A DNA stretch of 64,000 bases from the NCBI GenBank assembly GCA_951406725.2, contig OX597815.1, positions 124,620,001-124,684,000 of the forward strand, in the 5' to 3' direction. A program made the translations under genes and the position numbers. The stretch is from Octopus vulgaris (taxonomy: Eukaryota). A model generated the notes under the pieces. It was not told the origin of the DNA. It ran no database searches and saw only the letters and a program-made list of their open reading frames with translations. Positions 24,728 through 38,372 of this stretch are shown here, in pieces (position 1 is the first letter of the stretch; every line of letters starts with the position of its first letter).

Positions 24728-25721
24728 CTATGTGCGTGTGTATGTGTGCCTGTGTGTCTGTACAAACTGCAGGTGTGTATATAAATAGGAATGTGTGCGA
24801 GATTTTGTTTGTGTGCTTACACCTCATAAACAATGCAAACAAACTCCTTAAAAACCAAATTTTCACACACCATTAGAGATTTGAGACGATTACTTAGCGG
24901 ATGTACATAGACATTTGATAACTCCTAATCAGTTTACAAATGATACAACACATCTAAGGTTACTTGCTGTAAACTGTCATTCGAAAAATATCAACTTAAA
25001 ACATTATATACAATAATACACAAGGAAATAAATTTGATAGTTATTCCTGTTAATCACGCCAAGAAAACTACGGAATTATACAGAACACGCGAAATATTAA
25101 AAGAAAAAATTCCTTTTCTTTCTTCAAATAATCTCAACGAAATGATTTTATATTTTATATGTCATTCTTTATTCATTAGAAAACAATATTTACATTGTTA
25201 TAATGATGATTAATCTCTGGTTAATCTCATCCAATAGACTAATGTCAGATGCTAAGTTGCTTGAACTAACTTCAGATCATGCAGGTGCTCAAGGCTGCAG
25301 CTAACAGAGGACGATCTTGTACACTCCGACAGGTAGCGGATGCATTTTGTGAGATGCGGTGTGCCAGTCCACTAATCTTTCCACTGTAGGACCATAGGTT
25401 TTAGTGGTAACCACAAACGATATATATGAAGTATGTCTTATGGTTTCCTCTCCACAAGGCCACCGATAGAAAATTTTAAGCAAAGTGGAAGAAAAATAAA
25501 AACGAACCTGAACATGAAGAGGCGCTCTTAAAACTTAAAGGTTTGTGAGCTCTTATTTTATTAGAAGGGGCCCATTCCTTTGGGCCCCGTACCGTTATAC
25601 TGGCTGAGCTTCCCCATCTTAATGGTCCTGCCGCCAACACATATCATCACATATGGTGAAGTACATCTGAACACAGTGTTCGAGGCTATTATTACTATAT
25701 TTTGTTCTTTTGGGAGTGCAA

Positions 25722-25783
<62 letters not shown>

Positions 25784-26169
25784 TATCAAGTACAGCAAGT
25801 GCAAAAGTGAAATTTGTGATATAAACATTTTAAGCATATTAAGTCTTTGGATTCGTTGGCTCCACATTCTTGGTTATAATGTCTGTTAAATCCATATATG
25901 CCTTCATTCTACTTACAGATATATTGCGAAGACAAAGCATGTTACGAATGCAGAAACATGCCGGAATATGAAAATATTGGTTATAAACGGGACAATGTGT
26001 TCAACCAATTTATATATCAATGTATAACAGCAGTATTTCTTTTTTCAAACATTACACACACACACACACACATTTACACACATGCACACACACAAACATA
26101 CACACACATGTATACAAATATGGACTGCCGTCGAAGACGACGAATGAGCGTTCAGCTTTTGTCGGACAA

Positions 26170-26580
26170 CCTGCACAAATGAATTGTTTAAAGTGATCAA
26201 ATGTCCGTGCCGTATATTAGCTCACTCTTTCCATCAAATCGACGTTGTCTGAACAGGTGCACTGTGTGCCACGTGTCAGGTGTCGAACTATCGGAGAGCA
26301 ACATGAGATGAAGTGTTTTACTCAAGAACACAACACACCACCTGGTCTAGGAATTGAAACCACGATCTCGCGATCGTGAATCCAACACTCTATCCACAAG
26401 GCCATGCATCCTCATATATATGCTGGTTGGTCGCAGGATTACTCATTTTCCCGGTTGAGTGGATTGGGGTAACATGAATTCAAGTGTTTTCCTCAAGAAA
26501 AGAACACACTACCCGGTCTTGGAGTCAAAACCACAATCTTAAAATCACGAGGCCAACACCCTAACCACTAAGCCACGAGC
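26170..26580 (-). mobile_element. two tandem decayed CORE-type tRNA SINEs
   Basis: Two heads (ggaattgaaaccacgatc...gccatgc and ggagtcaaaaccacaatc...ctaaccactaagcca), each with tgttt.ctcaagaa. Confidence 0.8.
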
Positions 26581-29500
26581 CACAACTACGAAAAGTTATC
26601 TAAATGCTAATTTCAATTTGATCTACATACAAGATAACTTACATTACAAACACACGAGGAAAATGTGCTGAATAAAGATACTCTATTTTTGTTGGAGAGG
26701 TTACACAATCCCAATTTTAAAAAAATATTTTACATAAAGAGAAATCTCTTCGAATCTGCCAACTCATAGATTGTAGTCTGACTCAAGACAGGATGTGGAG
26801 TTGGATTTCACAAGGACGCTCACTGCGATGAAAAATAAAGAAGTAAGTTACCACACATTTAATGTTATGAGCCAAATAAATATAATTAATCAAAATTATA
26901 CCCATAAGTAAAGAAAAAACTTCATTAGCTTAATGACTAAGTATGGGCAATTTAGTCCAGTTTTTCTTTTATCTATGTATATCACGCCCAGAAATCAGGT
27001 ATTGTAGTATTTGATTCCGTCCTTTGCCTGTTCAGAGTTGATATTAGTAAGTCACTAGAATATAGTGTTATCTTGTATCACTCTGAAATGTATGAGTACT
27101 TTCTAGTAGGCATTTGTGTGTCAAATAACACATACTCTACTACATCATTTATTTTGTATTTACTTGCTGTATAAAATGGGGTAAACCGAAAGTTACAAAA
27201 TAGCACAATAAATGCATCTGGATTTATTTAAGACATAAATTAACATAAATTATTTTCAAACTGCAATTTCTTTTATGATAATTATATAATGAGAACGTCT
27301 AGAAAGTAAGTGTTCTTTATGGCTCGGCTGATATAGGCCTAATATGAAGAAAATTTAACATTATGGAATGTTTGAAGAATTAGGACAGTTTTCTAGAGAA
27401 GTATCCGTTTTCATACCATTCAGTGTTAATATTTAAGCTTGGGGAAACATATCAGGAATCTGTTCGTTTCTTACAGACGTTTGACAGCCGAGGAAAAGAA
27501 GAAAAATAAAAATAAAAACGAACAATTTTATAGCTTGACTTCAGGATATATTTTCTCCCGGCTGTTACATTTAAAGATTGCAAGATTAGATTTGCTCGAA
27601 TATTAAAAAGTGAATTATTATAAATATATAATTTATAAGCTTGCTTCGTTTTAACACAAAATTTTATTTAAATATTTTATTTATCTATTTAGCCAGTTGA
27701 ACTCTGAATCTAGTAAAAGAATCTGTTATAGAATGACCATGTTAATGATTTAAACTATTTTATGTACAAGTTTCTTGTTTTTCGTATCATATAACCTGAA
27801 ATTACTTTTATTTACACTAAACAACACATTAGCTTTGCAGCTGAAGTTACAAAGTTACTATGCCATTTTGCACATGCAGACGGCGAAAATCTAGGGCAAC
27901 TAATAGATTTTATTTTATTTTTGCGTAGGATTAAAATTGTGGGTTTAAATCTGTTGCGCTTGCTACACAGCAAGTACTGAAAACCTATCTTGAGAAAATT
28001 GATATGTAATAAAATTTATTTGAATCACTATGTGGCCAAAATACTTACCAATCCCCAAAATAGTGCGTCAAACTGTGCTAGCCCTAAAAATCACGAATGG
28101 ACATTAAGAAAATTTTCTCCCACGGTTCTAGCATAAACTTAATTGAGCGTCTTCTGCCAAAAAAAGTTTTGATGATGTCCCCCAATGAAAACTGGCATTC
28201 GAAAGTATAAAATCCTGATTATCAATATTTCATCATTTTATTGTTCCATTTTATTGTTCCCCACTGTTTTCTCAAGTTGTTGGCTGAGAAAACATATGAA
28301 GAGCTTACTCTCAAAACCAGATATATGCATCGAAATAACTTTTGAGTAATTGTTTAAAGCAATAACTCAAATATATCTGATTTTGATTGGAAGACTAAGA
28401 TATACTGTCTATATGGCATTTTTCCCAGTTTGACTGAAAAAAGATTCACGTGAGTGAAGCCAGCAGCTTGCAGATTGTGTTTTAATAGTTATCATGAAAT
28501 CGACCGAATATGCATTTATACCGGTTTTGAAAGTAAGCTCCTCATTTATATCCAGCGGCATTTAGGAGACCCAAAATCAAAGTTACTCCGTTCATGACCA
28601 TCCAATCTTTATCGAGTATTTTATACTATAGGCAACAAAATTCAATGAATCCTTTTCTAAGAAGTAGTGTTATTAATGGAAGTTTGATTGCCGTTTCTAG
28701 AAAGTCGAGATACCACGTAAAGGTTCCCGCTTTGATTCGATTTATTTTAAGTAGTTTTTAATTATGATTAGCATTAGTAACAGAATAAAACAGCAGGTTT
28801 AGTATGATTGTGTGTATTTGGGCCCCTTTGGTTTCACTGGAAGACATGAAGAATACAAAGTACACGATTTAGAAGCTATATATTTATCGCCGCTCCACAA
28901 ATGTTAATAGTAGCAATTCTAAATCTTTAACGTAATGTAAGATATTTAGCAGTTTCAGAAGTAATGATTGTAATATATTGTTTCCTTATCAAAAACCCAT
29001 ATAAAATGCCAGTCAATCACTGGGGTCGATATAATCGATTTGCCCTTCCTCCTAAAAAATAATTGCTGGTCTTGTATCAAAATTATGTTAAAATATATTG
29101 AATATATTTTCCGTTATTCAGAGCAATTGTCTTCATTTTAAAATCATATTTTTGTAAAACAGACAGGGAGGCTACTAAATATCAGAAGTAGCATACACTA
29201 GAAATGTAAAAAGAATGAAAATAATATATAATTAAAAGGAGACTATACAAAGAACAAAATGATAAAAATAATGACTCACGAAATGGAAATGCTAAACACA
29301 ATAAGATTTATATCGAACAAAACAACCATTATACTTGGTGAGGGAATTTAATCCAACGCCTATTTTTTTCCAATTATTTATCAGTGTACGGCATCATTTT
29401 TGCCTGATATTTACTGAGAAAACATTCAAATATTTCACTTCAAAACGTACAGGCTGCCGGAAGGAGAGAGCTTTCCATATTATTATGGAGTAACTTCACG

Positions 29501-32500
29501 TTTATTACCGCCATTAAAAATAATGAGCGAAAAATCTTGCGGATGTCAAAAAAAGTGACTTGTACGCATCGTTTCTCTTCGTTTTGACTGAAAAATTATG
29601 TAAGAAATTGAAGACACTAACGAACACCAAACTGTATCCTATTTATTTTCAGAAGTAGATTTGAAATGTCCGAGTGGTTATAGCGTATACAATTTTTTTT
29701 TATTACCCGTCTATACGTTTTTACTTAGGCGTCGAATTAACGCTCGACCATGTCAAAGTAAGCTAATAGAAATTTAAGCGGATGTTCTATCAGCATGACT
29801 AGTTAATGTTTTAAGGAACTGTCACAAATATTTTCCCACTAATTCTTTTACTCATATTCCATTTTCAGCTAACTAGAATCTGTTTAATATAATTTATACT
29901 ACTCATCCACCCTCCTTTATATATAGATACGTGTTTTGCTTAAAGCATCGTATAAACAGATTTTTCTGAGACCCAGATTTTAAGTAAACGTTGCTTTCGT
30001 CATGACTGGAGACAATATTTAACAACTGTCCTTGAAGACAGACAAATGTATGCAGAAGCATAACAGGAAATATAACATTGAAATACAAGCCTTGTTGATG
30101 TAATGCCGATTTTCTGTAGGCTATACAATTACAGTTTGTCTACTACTACAAATGTGAAAATTCAGTGAAAAACCACTAATTTAATGAAGTAAGAAAGAAA
30201 TAAAATACTTTATTTGTTAATTATTAATTTTAGAATGAAAATATATTGCTTTTCATCTAAAATACAATTACAGTTAATTATAATTTCTTACTTTACCAAA
30301 AGGGTCATGTTGTTGGAACATTTTTGTAAAATTAGTATTTATTTATCGACACCGGATGAGCGAAAAGAAAGTATTAACTTCGGGGTCATTTGAAAGGGGG
30401 CTAATCACATACCCTAAGACATTATTCTGGTACTCTACTGCTTCTACCACTCAACTGCAGTAATAGGAATTTCTCACATTCACACTACTTGACTGGTACT
30501 TATTTTATCGACTGTGAAGCATAAGTTGAAATCAAACCCCTGTTATAATATGAAATGAAAGTGGAAAGGTATGCAAATAAATACTGTATAGTATTAAGTG
30601 TAGCTCTCTAGCAATACAGGCAATTATCCTATAATCTTTACCTTATCGCAATGTCAACATAGATGAGGGAAGGTTATAAACTTCTACGATATTGATGAAG
30701 AAAAATTTGTTAATATTTTTAAGCTCCTTTCAGTATAAAATACTATACGGATGCATTATCCTTGGGTCAAATTCTGTGAAATAAAGAAGTGTGATGATGA
30801 TATGTTTGGCTCATTGCCTGAGAAATTATCTAACAGTATACAAAGGTGACACACTTCTGCTTCACGAAGATCTTAGAATAAATATCCATATACATCCAAA
30901 GAAACAAGGAAGCTTTAGACAATGAATGCGCCATTGATATATGAATAAATGGAAATGCATCCCTAATCATTGATACTAAAGCTGAGACCATGACTAAAAA
31001 CAGACTGTATGCTTCACATGCGTGATTATAAGCTGGTTCCGTTATGTATGGAATGGTGTAACAAAAGGATCACAGAAGGAGATATAAATGACTGCATTGA
31101 TCTTTGGCTCATCATTGACTTTTAGGCACTGTACGAAAAGGTAGTAAGCGCCGAGATGATACGGAATGAGCTATGTTTGGCTGAAAATTTGCATAAACAT
31201 TCAGATACTGATGACACCCTAAGATCACATAACAATCAGACCGCTTTACCTGCAGAGTGAAAATGATAAAAAATGGTGGTGCATAGGCAAAAGCTTAGTT
31301 GTGGAAAAGTAAAAATTCATTTGAGGCTTTTCGCCCAGAGGAACTGGAAAGGCAGAAGAAAAGAAAAGGCAAACAATAATGGAGACAGCAAGAGCAAGCC
31401 CCTGAAGTTAATGTTTCAAGCACATCCCAAGTTGTAACTCTGAGTATAGTGAAATAAATCGCAACATCCTCAGTCCTAGGAATAGACAAAAAGACCATTA
31501 ACTGTAGCCACTCTGACCACGACCTGAAGTACCATCCCTTAATCGTAAGAAGTTGTCGGAGCAAATGGAGAACGTGCAGACGTGATAAACTGACCAGATC
31601 AACAGGGTGAGGAGAGAAAAGATACTATACTACCCACCACCCCGCTGAAGAAAAGTATTTATGGAACCCTCAATCTTTTGGTTTGCCATCAAGAAGTTTC
31701 TGAACAATTTGAAAGAATAAATGCGTCGACGGGCTTCGATTATGTGAGACCATTTTCGTTCGATCCATATTTCAATTGTTCAAGAACACTTTTCTACCTG
31801 AAAATTTTAAGTACATATGAAATGAGGTATAATCAGGACCACACGTTAGCTGATGAAATCCAGGTAGGGGGTTTCCTCCGCCCCACCCCCGTTTGTGGAT
31901 GAGCTGCATTGATTGATTTCTTTTACGTTCACTTATCTATATTCATGTATAAGTATAATTATTTACTGTGTAGCTTGTTTATACCTATTTATTTATAACT
32001 ATTTAACTTCTCGGTATGTCATATAACATCTTTCGTATTTGTAGAGCTATATACATCTCTGCATGTCTTTTAAATCCCTCTTTGTCACATGATGCCGCTC
32101 CATGTATGCATGTATATATGTATATATGCATGTATGTATGTATGTATGTGTGTGTGTATATGTATATGTATATGTATATATATATATATATGCATGTATA
32201 TCATGTGTCATATAATATTTAAGTTAATGTTGTTTTATTGCTTTTACAGATTAGGTTTACTGTTTATACATACATGCATAAATACTTACACACATACATA
32301 AATACCGACACACATACATACACACACAGAAACACATACACACACATATACATAAATACATAAACATACATTACATACAAATATATTATATCTATACACA
32401 TACATATATACATACATACATGAACGGAGGTGGAGAGAGTGAGATGCACTTGTATTTCTGTGAGACAGTGTATGAAACTGTGTGTATAGTGTATATACGT

Positions 32501-34118
32501 GCATGCATCCTATGTACATACATGTTGTTTGTCTGCAGCCAATAGACCTTCAAACACCCACTGAACAGACACCCACATGATCTAAAATTCATAATTTATT
32601 TTCACTTGGGAAAATGCTGACCCATGATAGATGGTATCATTGAATTTCAAGCGAGTGGAAAGTTCCATAAATCTTCGTGTTATTTTATTTTATTTATTTA
32701 GTAATATTTAAAACTTTTTTTTATGTATGGAATATAGAGTCGTTGTTATATTTGATGTTGCCGTTTGTTGATACTGTTGAATTATGTCACATCCTGCAAT
32801 GCGTTCTCTTCCCACTCATATCAATTATCTTTTCAGTTCTAACATGTATTTTTGCTTCATTTTTTTTTTTTTTGTGATCTCAGTTTTTCTTTAAGCTTTT
32901 CGTCCGTTATTTTTGTTTCGTTTGCAAAAGAGACCAGCCGTATATGCCACAATTAATAGTATTGGATTATTTATCAGATGTCCTATCAGATACACTTGCC
33001 CTTGCTAACACATAAAATTGATGCTTTTAATGGCATAGTAATATGAAGAGAAGCAGTTCCTATGAGTATTTTAAGGGCCTCCTTGATTTTTGGGAATCAG
33101 AGAGACAGTTGCTCTTAGACCAGAGGCCTGCTTACAACATAATAGACCACGCTAAAGGCATCAGAGAGCTATGTAGTCGTGTTAAGCGATAGATGGATTG
33201 TGTCAGATTTAACGTCAGGATTCCATATGTATTGCAATTCATTATAGGAAAAGCCTGACTGGATAAAATCGTTTTGTAATTCTAATGATTCACTTCTATC
33301 TTCAGGTTGTGACTATACTAGAACATCTACTTCAAGGGTTTTAGACAATTAGTTCGACCTCACCACTTAGTTCATTTATTATCTTTATTCATGACATCGA
33401 TTTTGTTTGGTCATTCCTTACTCCTCTTCCCCCAAAACACGCACACATATGTATATACAGGAACAGTGGGCAGAGAGAGTGAGAAGCATCGACTCGATAC
33501 CATAGTGAAATATATGTGAAATATACGACTGAGAAGTGAATTTCTTCAACAGACGCCTATGTCTTCACCCCTACATTTGTAACGTTATAACTCATATTAA
33601 TCTAATCAGTATAGTTCTAGGACGAAAATTCATCGATTCTTTAATATCCTCTCCATTTAGATGGTGATAAACATTATTCCTCTCCTTTTAGTTTTCCGTT
33701 AAAATGTTTAACATCTAAGATGATTTGCTAGCCGTATAACAGAAAAAAACTAATACCTAAAATAATTTCCAGTTGTGTAATATATTCTGTGATTCAGAAA
33801 TTCACATTTATATGCTAGTATATTTGTCAGAGTAGGAGTAAATTGCACCGAACTGCAGATAAATACGAAAGGCCTGTCTATTCATTTAATGAAAATGTTT
33901 TTCGAGACCAGACCGCGTGATTCGTTTGTTATACACAGAAGTATACTAATTCTCTTTACATAATATATAATTTATAGAGCGTTGGAGTTTTGTTTTTTCT
34001 GTGTCACATGCAGTTTGTTTTGAAATATTATGCATCTTATACAATGACTATATTGTTTACACTAACAAGTGATTTACAATTGCATTCATGATTACCGAAT
34101 ATAAGATAACCAATAAAG

Positions 34119-34205
<87 letters not shown>

Positions 34206-35140
34206 TACACAGACACACATACACACAGACACACAGACACACAGACAGACACACACAATTTTTATTACTTAACGTCGGTGGGGAGTTTATTTCCCAAGAC
34301 AAGAGAAGAACGCGATTTAGTTCAAACTCGCAGATTTTGAGTTCGAAATACATTGAGGACGACAATGATGTACTAAAGTTAGAGTGTCGAGTAACTAAAT
34401 ACGTGTCGTTATTATTATAGTTAACACAAAATCAGACATATAATCATGATGTAACTTCAATAATAATCCCCTCAATTATTGCAAATTGGGAACTTAGATT
34501 TTAGTACAAATTTTGCCTTTGTATCCTTCATTTAAAAAAAAAACACAATAGGGTGTGATTTAAGATCACATCGACTGTTTCGTTGGTTTCTATGCATGCG
34601 ACTTAATATGCTATAGTTGGGCTGATATACTATAAATGATATACTATAATGTAAATTATAAATTGAGCACAAGACATGACCGTAGCGTAATGAGTCGGTA
34701 ACGCAATTTAGATTTTCAACTTTTTTTTCAAAGAATTCGTGTCAACATGTTATGGAAGAATATGAATATTTGATCCTATATTTTAAGCACTGAAACTCAA
34801 TGGGTTAATGAACAGTTTATGGATGTCTGAAATATTTAAAATTGAATTTGTCGGCTTTATACGATTTGTATACAGTTAGCTATTGACTGATAAGGAAAGC
34901 ATGTCCACTGCTTGTAGTTCTTGTTACTGTTGCTTTTGTTTTACCTAAGGTCAGTTTTAATATAGCAAATCCATGATCAAAAACATTCTGGTCATGAGCT
35001 TCCTGTCCATTTCCCAGATTAGTATATCTGTATATGAATATATTTTCTTATGCGTCCATGTGTTCGTCCCTTTTCAAGATGGTACGGTGAATTGAGAAAG
35101 CTTTAATAAGTGTTGCCAGTTTGCCTGTTTCTCTGTTCAG

Positions 35141-35260
35141 CTCTTTCTCTGCCTCTCACTCTCTCTTCTCTTTCTCTGCCTCTCACTCTCTCTTCTCTTT
35201 CTCTGCCTCTCACTCTCTCTTCTCTTTCTCTGCCTCTCACTCTCTCTTCTCTTTCTCTGC

Positions 35261-35262
<2 letters not shown>
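35141..35262. repeat. 27-bp CT-rich minisatellite, about 4.5 copies
   Basis: Unit ctctttctctgcctctcactctctctt (LSLPLTLSS in translation). Confidence 0.9.
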
Positions 35263-35291
<29 letters not shown>

Positions 35292-36735
35292 TCTCTCTCT
35301 CACACACACACACAAAATGACGCTTATAACTTTTTTTTATATATTTTACCTTAAAAACCGAACAATTAATTTAAAACTCGGATATTACTTTTGAAAGTTG
35401 ATCGCTTCTTATTATAATAAAGTTGGCGCATCCCATGAAAGCAACTACAATAGTTGCTACCAATGAAGTCCAGTTTGAATTTAACTAATAATTCAGAGTC
35501 AACATAGTAAAGCTTGAGAATCAAAAGAAAAAGAAAAAGAAATGGTAAGTATTGAGATATATTCCCAAATGACCGATTGTTCAAATTAGTAGTGTATCAT
35601 CTGCAAAACCGTAAACTTTTCACGTTGAATCTGATTTGTTATTGACTTGTTCCAGAAAAAATTTAGAAAAATGTTACAGAGATTTAAAGGTTGATAACTT
35701 TTACATAATCAGAAAACAGGATTTAGAAGCTAGCATTTTGTGCGTGATGACAGCATTACGACGACTGATGACAAAAATATGACTGGTGACAACGTTACAA
35801 CGACAAAACATTCAGCTGTGGAAGTTTTGATAAGTTTTAATGAATAAAGTCATGTGAACTATTGGAACAGACATGTAATACGAAACATTACAAAAAAAAA
35901 AATGAATAATAAATAAAATAAAAACTGAAACTGAACATTAAATTACAAACATACACACACACCCACACACACAAACTGCACTTAAATTCATTTTTTTAAA
36001 TGTTTTGTAGCTTGAAACTTTAAACTGCAAAATAACAAACTGTAGTTCAGTTTATGCAACGACCAAACTGCTGGAAAAGGCAGTTAAGTCTCCTCCCAAA
36101 CGTCATAAAATGAGGGAAGACATACTAGATGCCTCTAAAACTGTGGGTCATTCAGTATTAGAATGCTCCTTTTGACCATAGGTCTGTATGATCAACCGCA
36201 TTCTCCACGGGTTTCAATTTCTCCATCATATACGAAAGGTTGTACGAGTTGGCTCAGACAGGTAAACAAACTACACAACAGCTTGGCTTGTTACTTTGGC
36301 TAAAATTACACAAAATATGCAAAGCTTTTAGCTTTTTATTGATTAATGTAAGGCAAAAATGAATTTCATTTCCCTAGTTAGCATACAATATTACATCAAT
36401 ACACCAAATTTGAAATCATTTGGAACAAAATTGAAGGAATTGAAAAGTGAAAGTCAAACAGAAAATGGCGGTGCCCCAGCATGGCCACAGCTTGTGAGCT
36501 GAAACTAGATAAAAATTAAAAAAAAAAAAGAAAAGATCCTCTATTTCAAATAATTTCAAATTTTACCTCACAATAGGTATCTACTAGATTTGTTGAAGGA
36601 CCTATGAAGTAGGAACCGAAATAAATATCATATGTGGATCAAGTGAAATTCAAAAGTTTGGAGGACAATATTTGCATACTCTTAATAGAAATACAGCTCT
36701 TTTGGTCTGTTTATCCTCTCATTCTTTCATTTTGT

Positions 36736-36945
36736 CTGGCAGAATCGTTAGTACGCGAGCCAAAATACTTCGGGGCTTTTCTTTCCGGCTTTATGTTCTG
36801 AGTTCAAGTTCTACCGAGGTCGACTTTTCCATTCATCCTTTAGGAGTCGATAAAATAAGTACCAGTTCAGCACTGAGGGTCAATGTAATCGACTAACCCC
36901 ATTCCCGAAAAATTTCAGGCCTGGTGCCAACAGCAGAAAGGATTA
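36736..36945 (+). mobile_element. tRNA-derived SINE
   Basis: ctggcagaatcgttag...gagttcaagttc...gtcgataaaataagtaccag...gaaaggatt. Confidence 0.85.
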
Positions 36946-37589
36946 TATATTTATTTAGTTTATTATTTATGTTTGATTGGATCTGATAGAATCATAGATC
37001 ATATTTACTACTGAACTGTCACGTTGTATTTTTATTTGGCAACCCAAACCCCAAAACACTGATTTGCTCTGAGTTTCTAGTTCCCTCATGTTATCTCAAA
37101 AGTAAATATTAACGACTGGGTTTTTAAATGCATGCACAAGTGCAGACACGCATTTCTCATTGAAAGGAAGCTGTGAGGATAGAAAATGGACGGCCGTGTT
37201 GAATAAAATTAAGATCGTTCCAAACTTGTTCTACTTGTCTAATATCATCGTGGAGAAAAGTAAAATATGCATTCAAACCCTATTCTCTTTACTACATATC
37301 TGCATATCTTTATTATATATATATATATATTTATTGTATGTTACACGATGTTGTTCCATGTATGCACAAATGTATGTGTGTATGTATGCATAGATATTGA
37401 TATAAATATATTTGCACACACACACACACACACATACACACACACATATAGATATATGTATCTATACACACGTATATATTACACATTCATAGACACCACA
37501 TCTGATGCTTCTTATGCTCAATTTTTCTCTCAAGACACGCTATGTTACTCATGCACACTCACATTGTATATCCAGTGAAGAATACTAGC

Positions 37590-38073
37590 TTCATTTCTTT
37601 CAAGCCATCACATGTCCTCTAGGGTTACAGATCACGCTTCATTTCCGTGGAGCATGGCTGTTCGCACATAGGCAACATAGTATGCTTTTCATTCTGGGGG
37701 AGAGGCTCTTTGTTACAAACAGAGGTAGAAGCTCTCTGAACTTTATCCAGCCTATTCTTATTCTAGCAGCTACGATCTCGGAGCACCCACCTCTATTGTT
37801 GACTTGGTCACCTAGATAACAGAAGTTATCAACTAGTTCCAGGTATACAATATGGCATTTGTTTGTTTACACTTCTAGTATTTATTGTACCTGTGCATCT
37901 GCTACACGCATAGACTGAAGTTTCTACCTACGCTTTTCTACATATCGAGCAGGGCCATCCATCAGAAGGGATTTGTGACTTATCCGCTTTAATATTTATC
38001 AAAACTTTGGTTTTTGCTAAATTAACTCTAAGGCCCTTTAATTCTAGACCTTGCTTCCTTCTGGAATTTTTCA
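37590..38073 (-). mobile_element. RTE-clade LINE fragment (RT C-terminal region)
   Basis: [41 protein letters not shown]...GGCSEIVAARIRIGWIKFRELLPL. Confidence 0.88.
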
Positions 38074-38076
38074 GAT

Positions 38077-38078
38077 AC

Positions 38079-38127
<49 letters not shown>

Positions 38128-38208
38128 GGTAGATAGATAGATAGATAGATAGATAGAGATAGATAGATAGATAGATAGATAGTAAGTAGGTAGGTAGGTA
38201 AGTAGATT

Positions 38209-38289
<81 letters not shown>

Positions 38290-38331
38290 GTAAGTAGGTA
38301 GGTAGGTAGGTAGGTAGATTGACAGACAGAC

Positions 38332-38372
<41 letters not shown>
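38077..38372. repeat. compound (GATA)n/(GGTA)n/(GACA)n microsatellite, left part
   Basis: Directly visible; continues at 40217-40420. Confidence 0.95.

Noticed and set aside
25560-25632. hAT-like terminus (gggccc...gggcccc...ttaatggtcctg)
   Set aside because: No matching second end or 8-bp TSD found.
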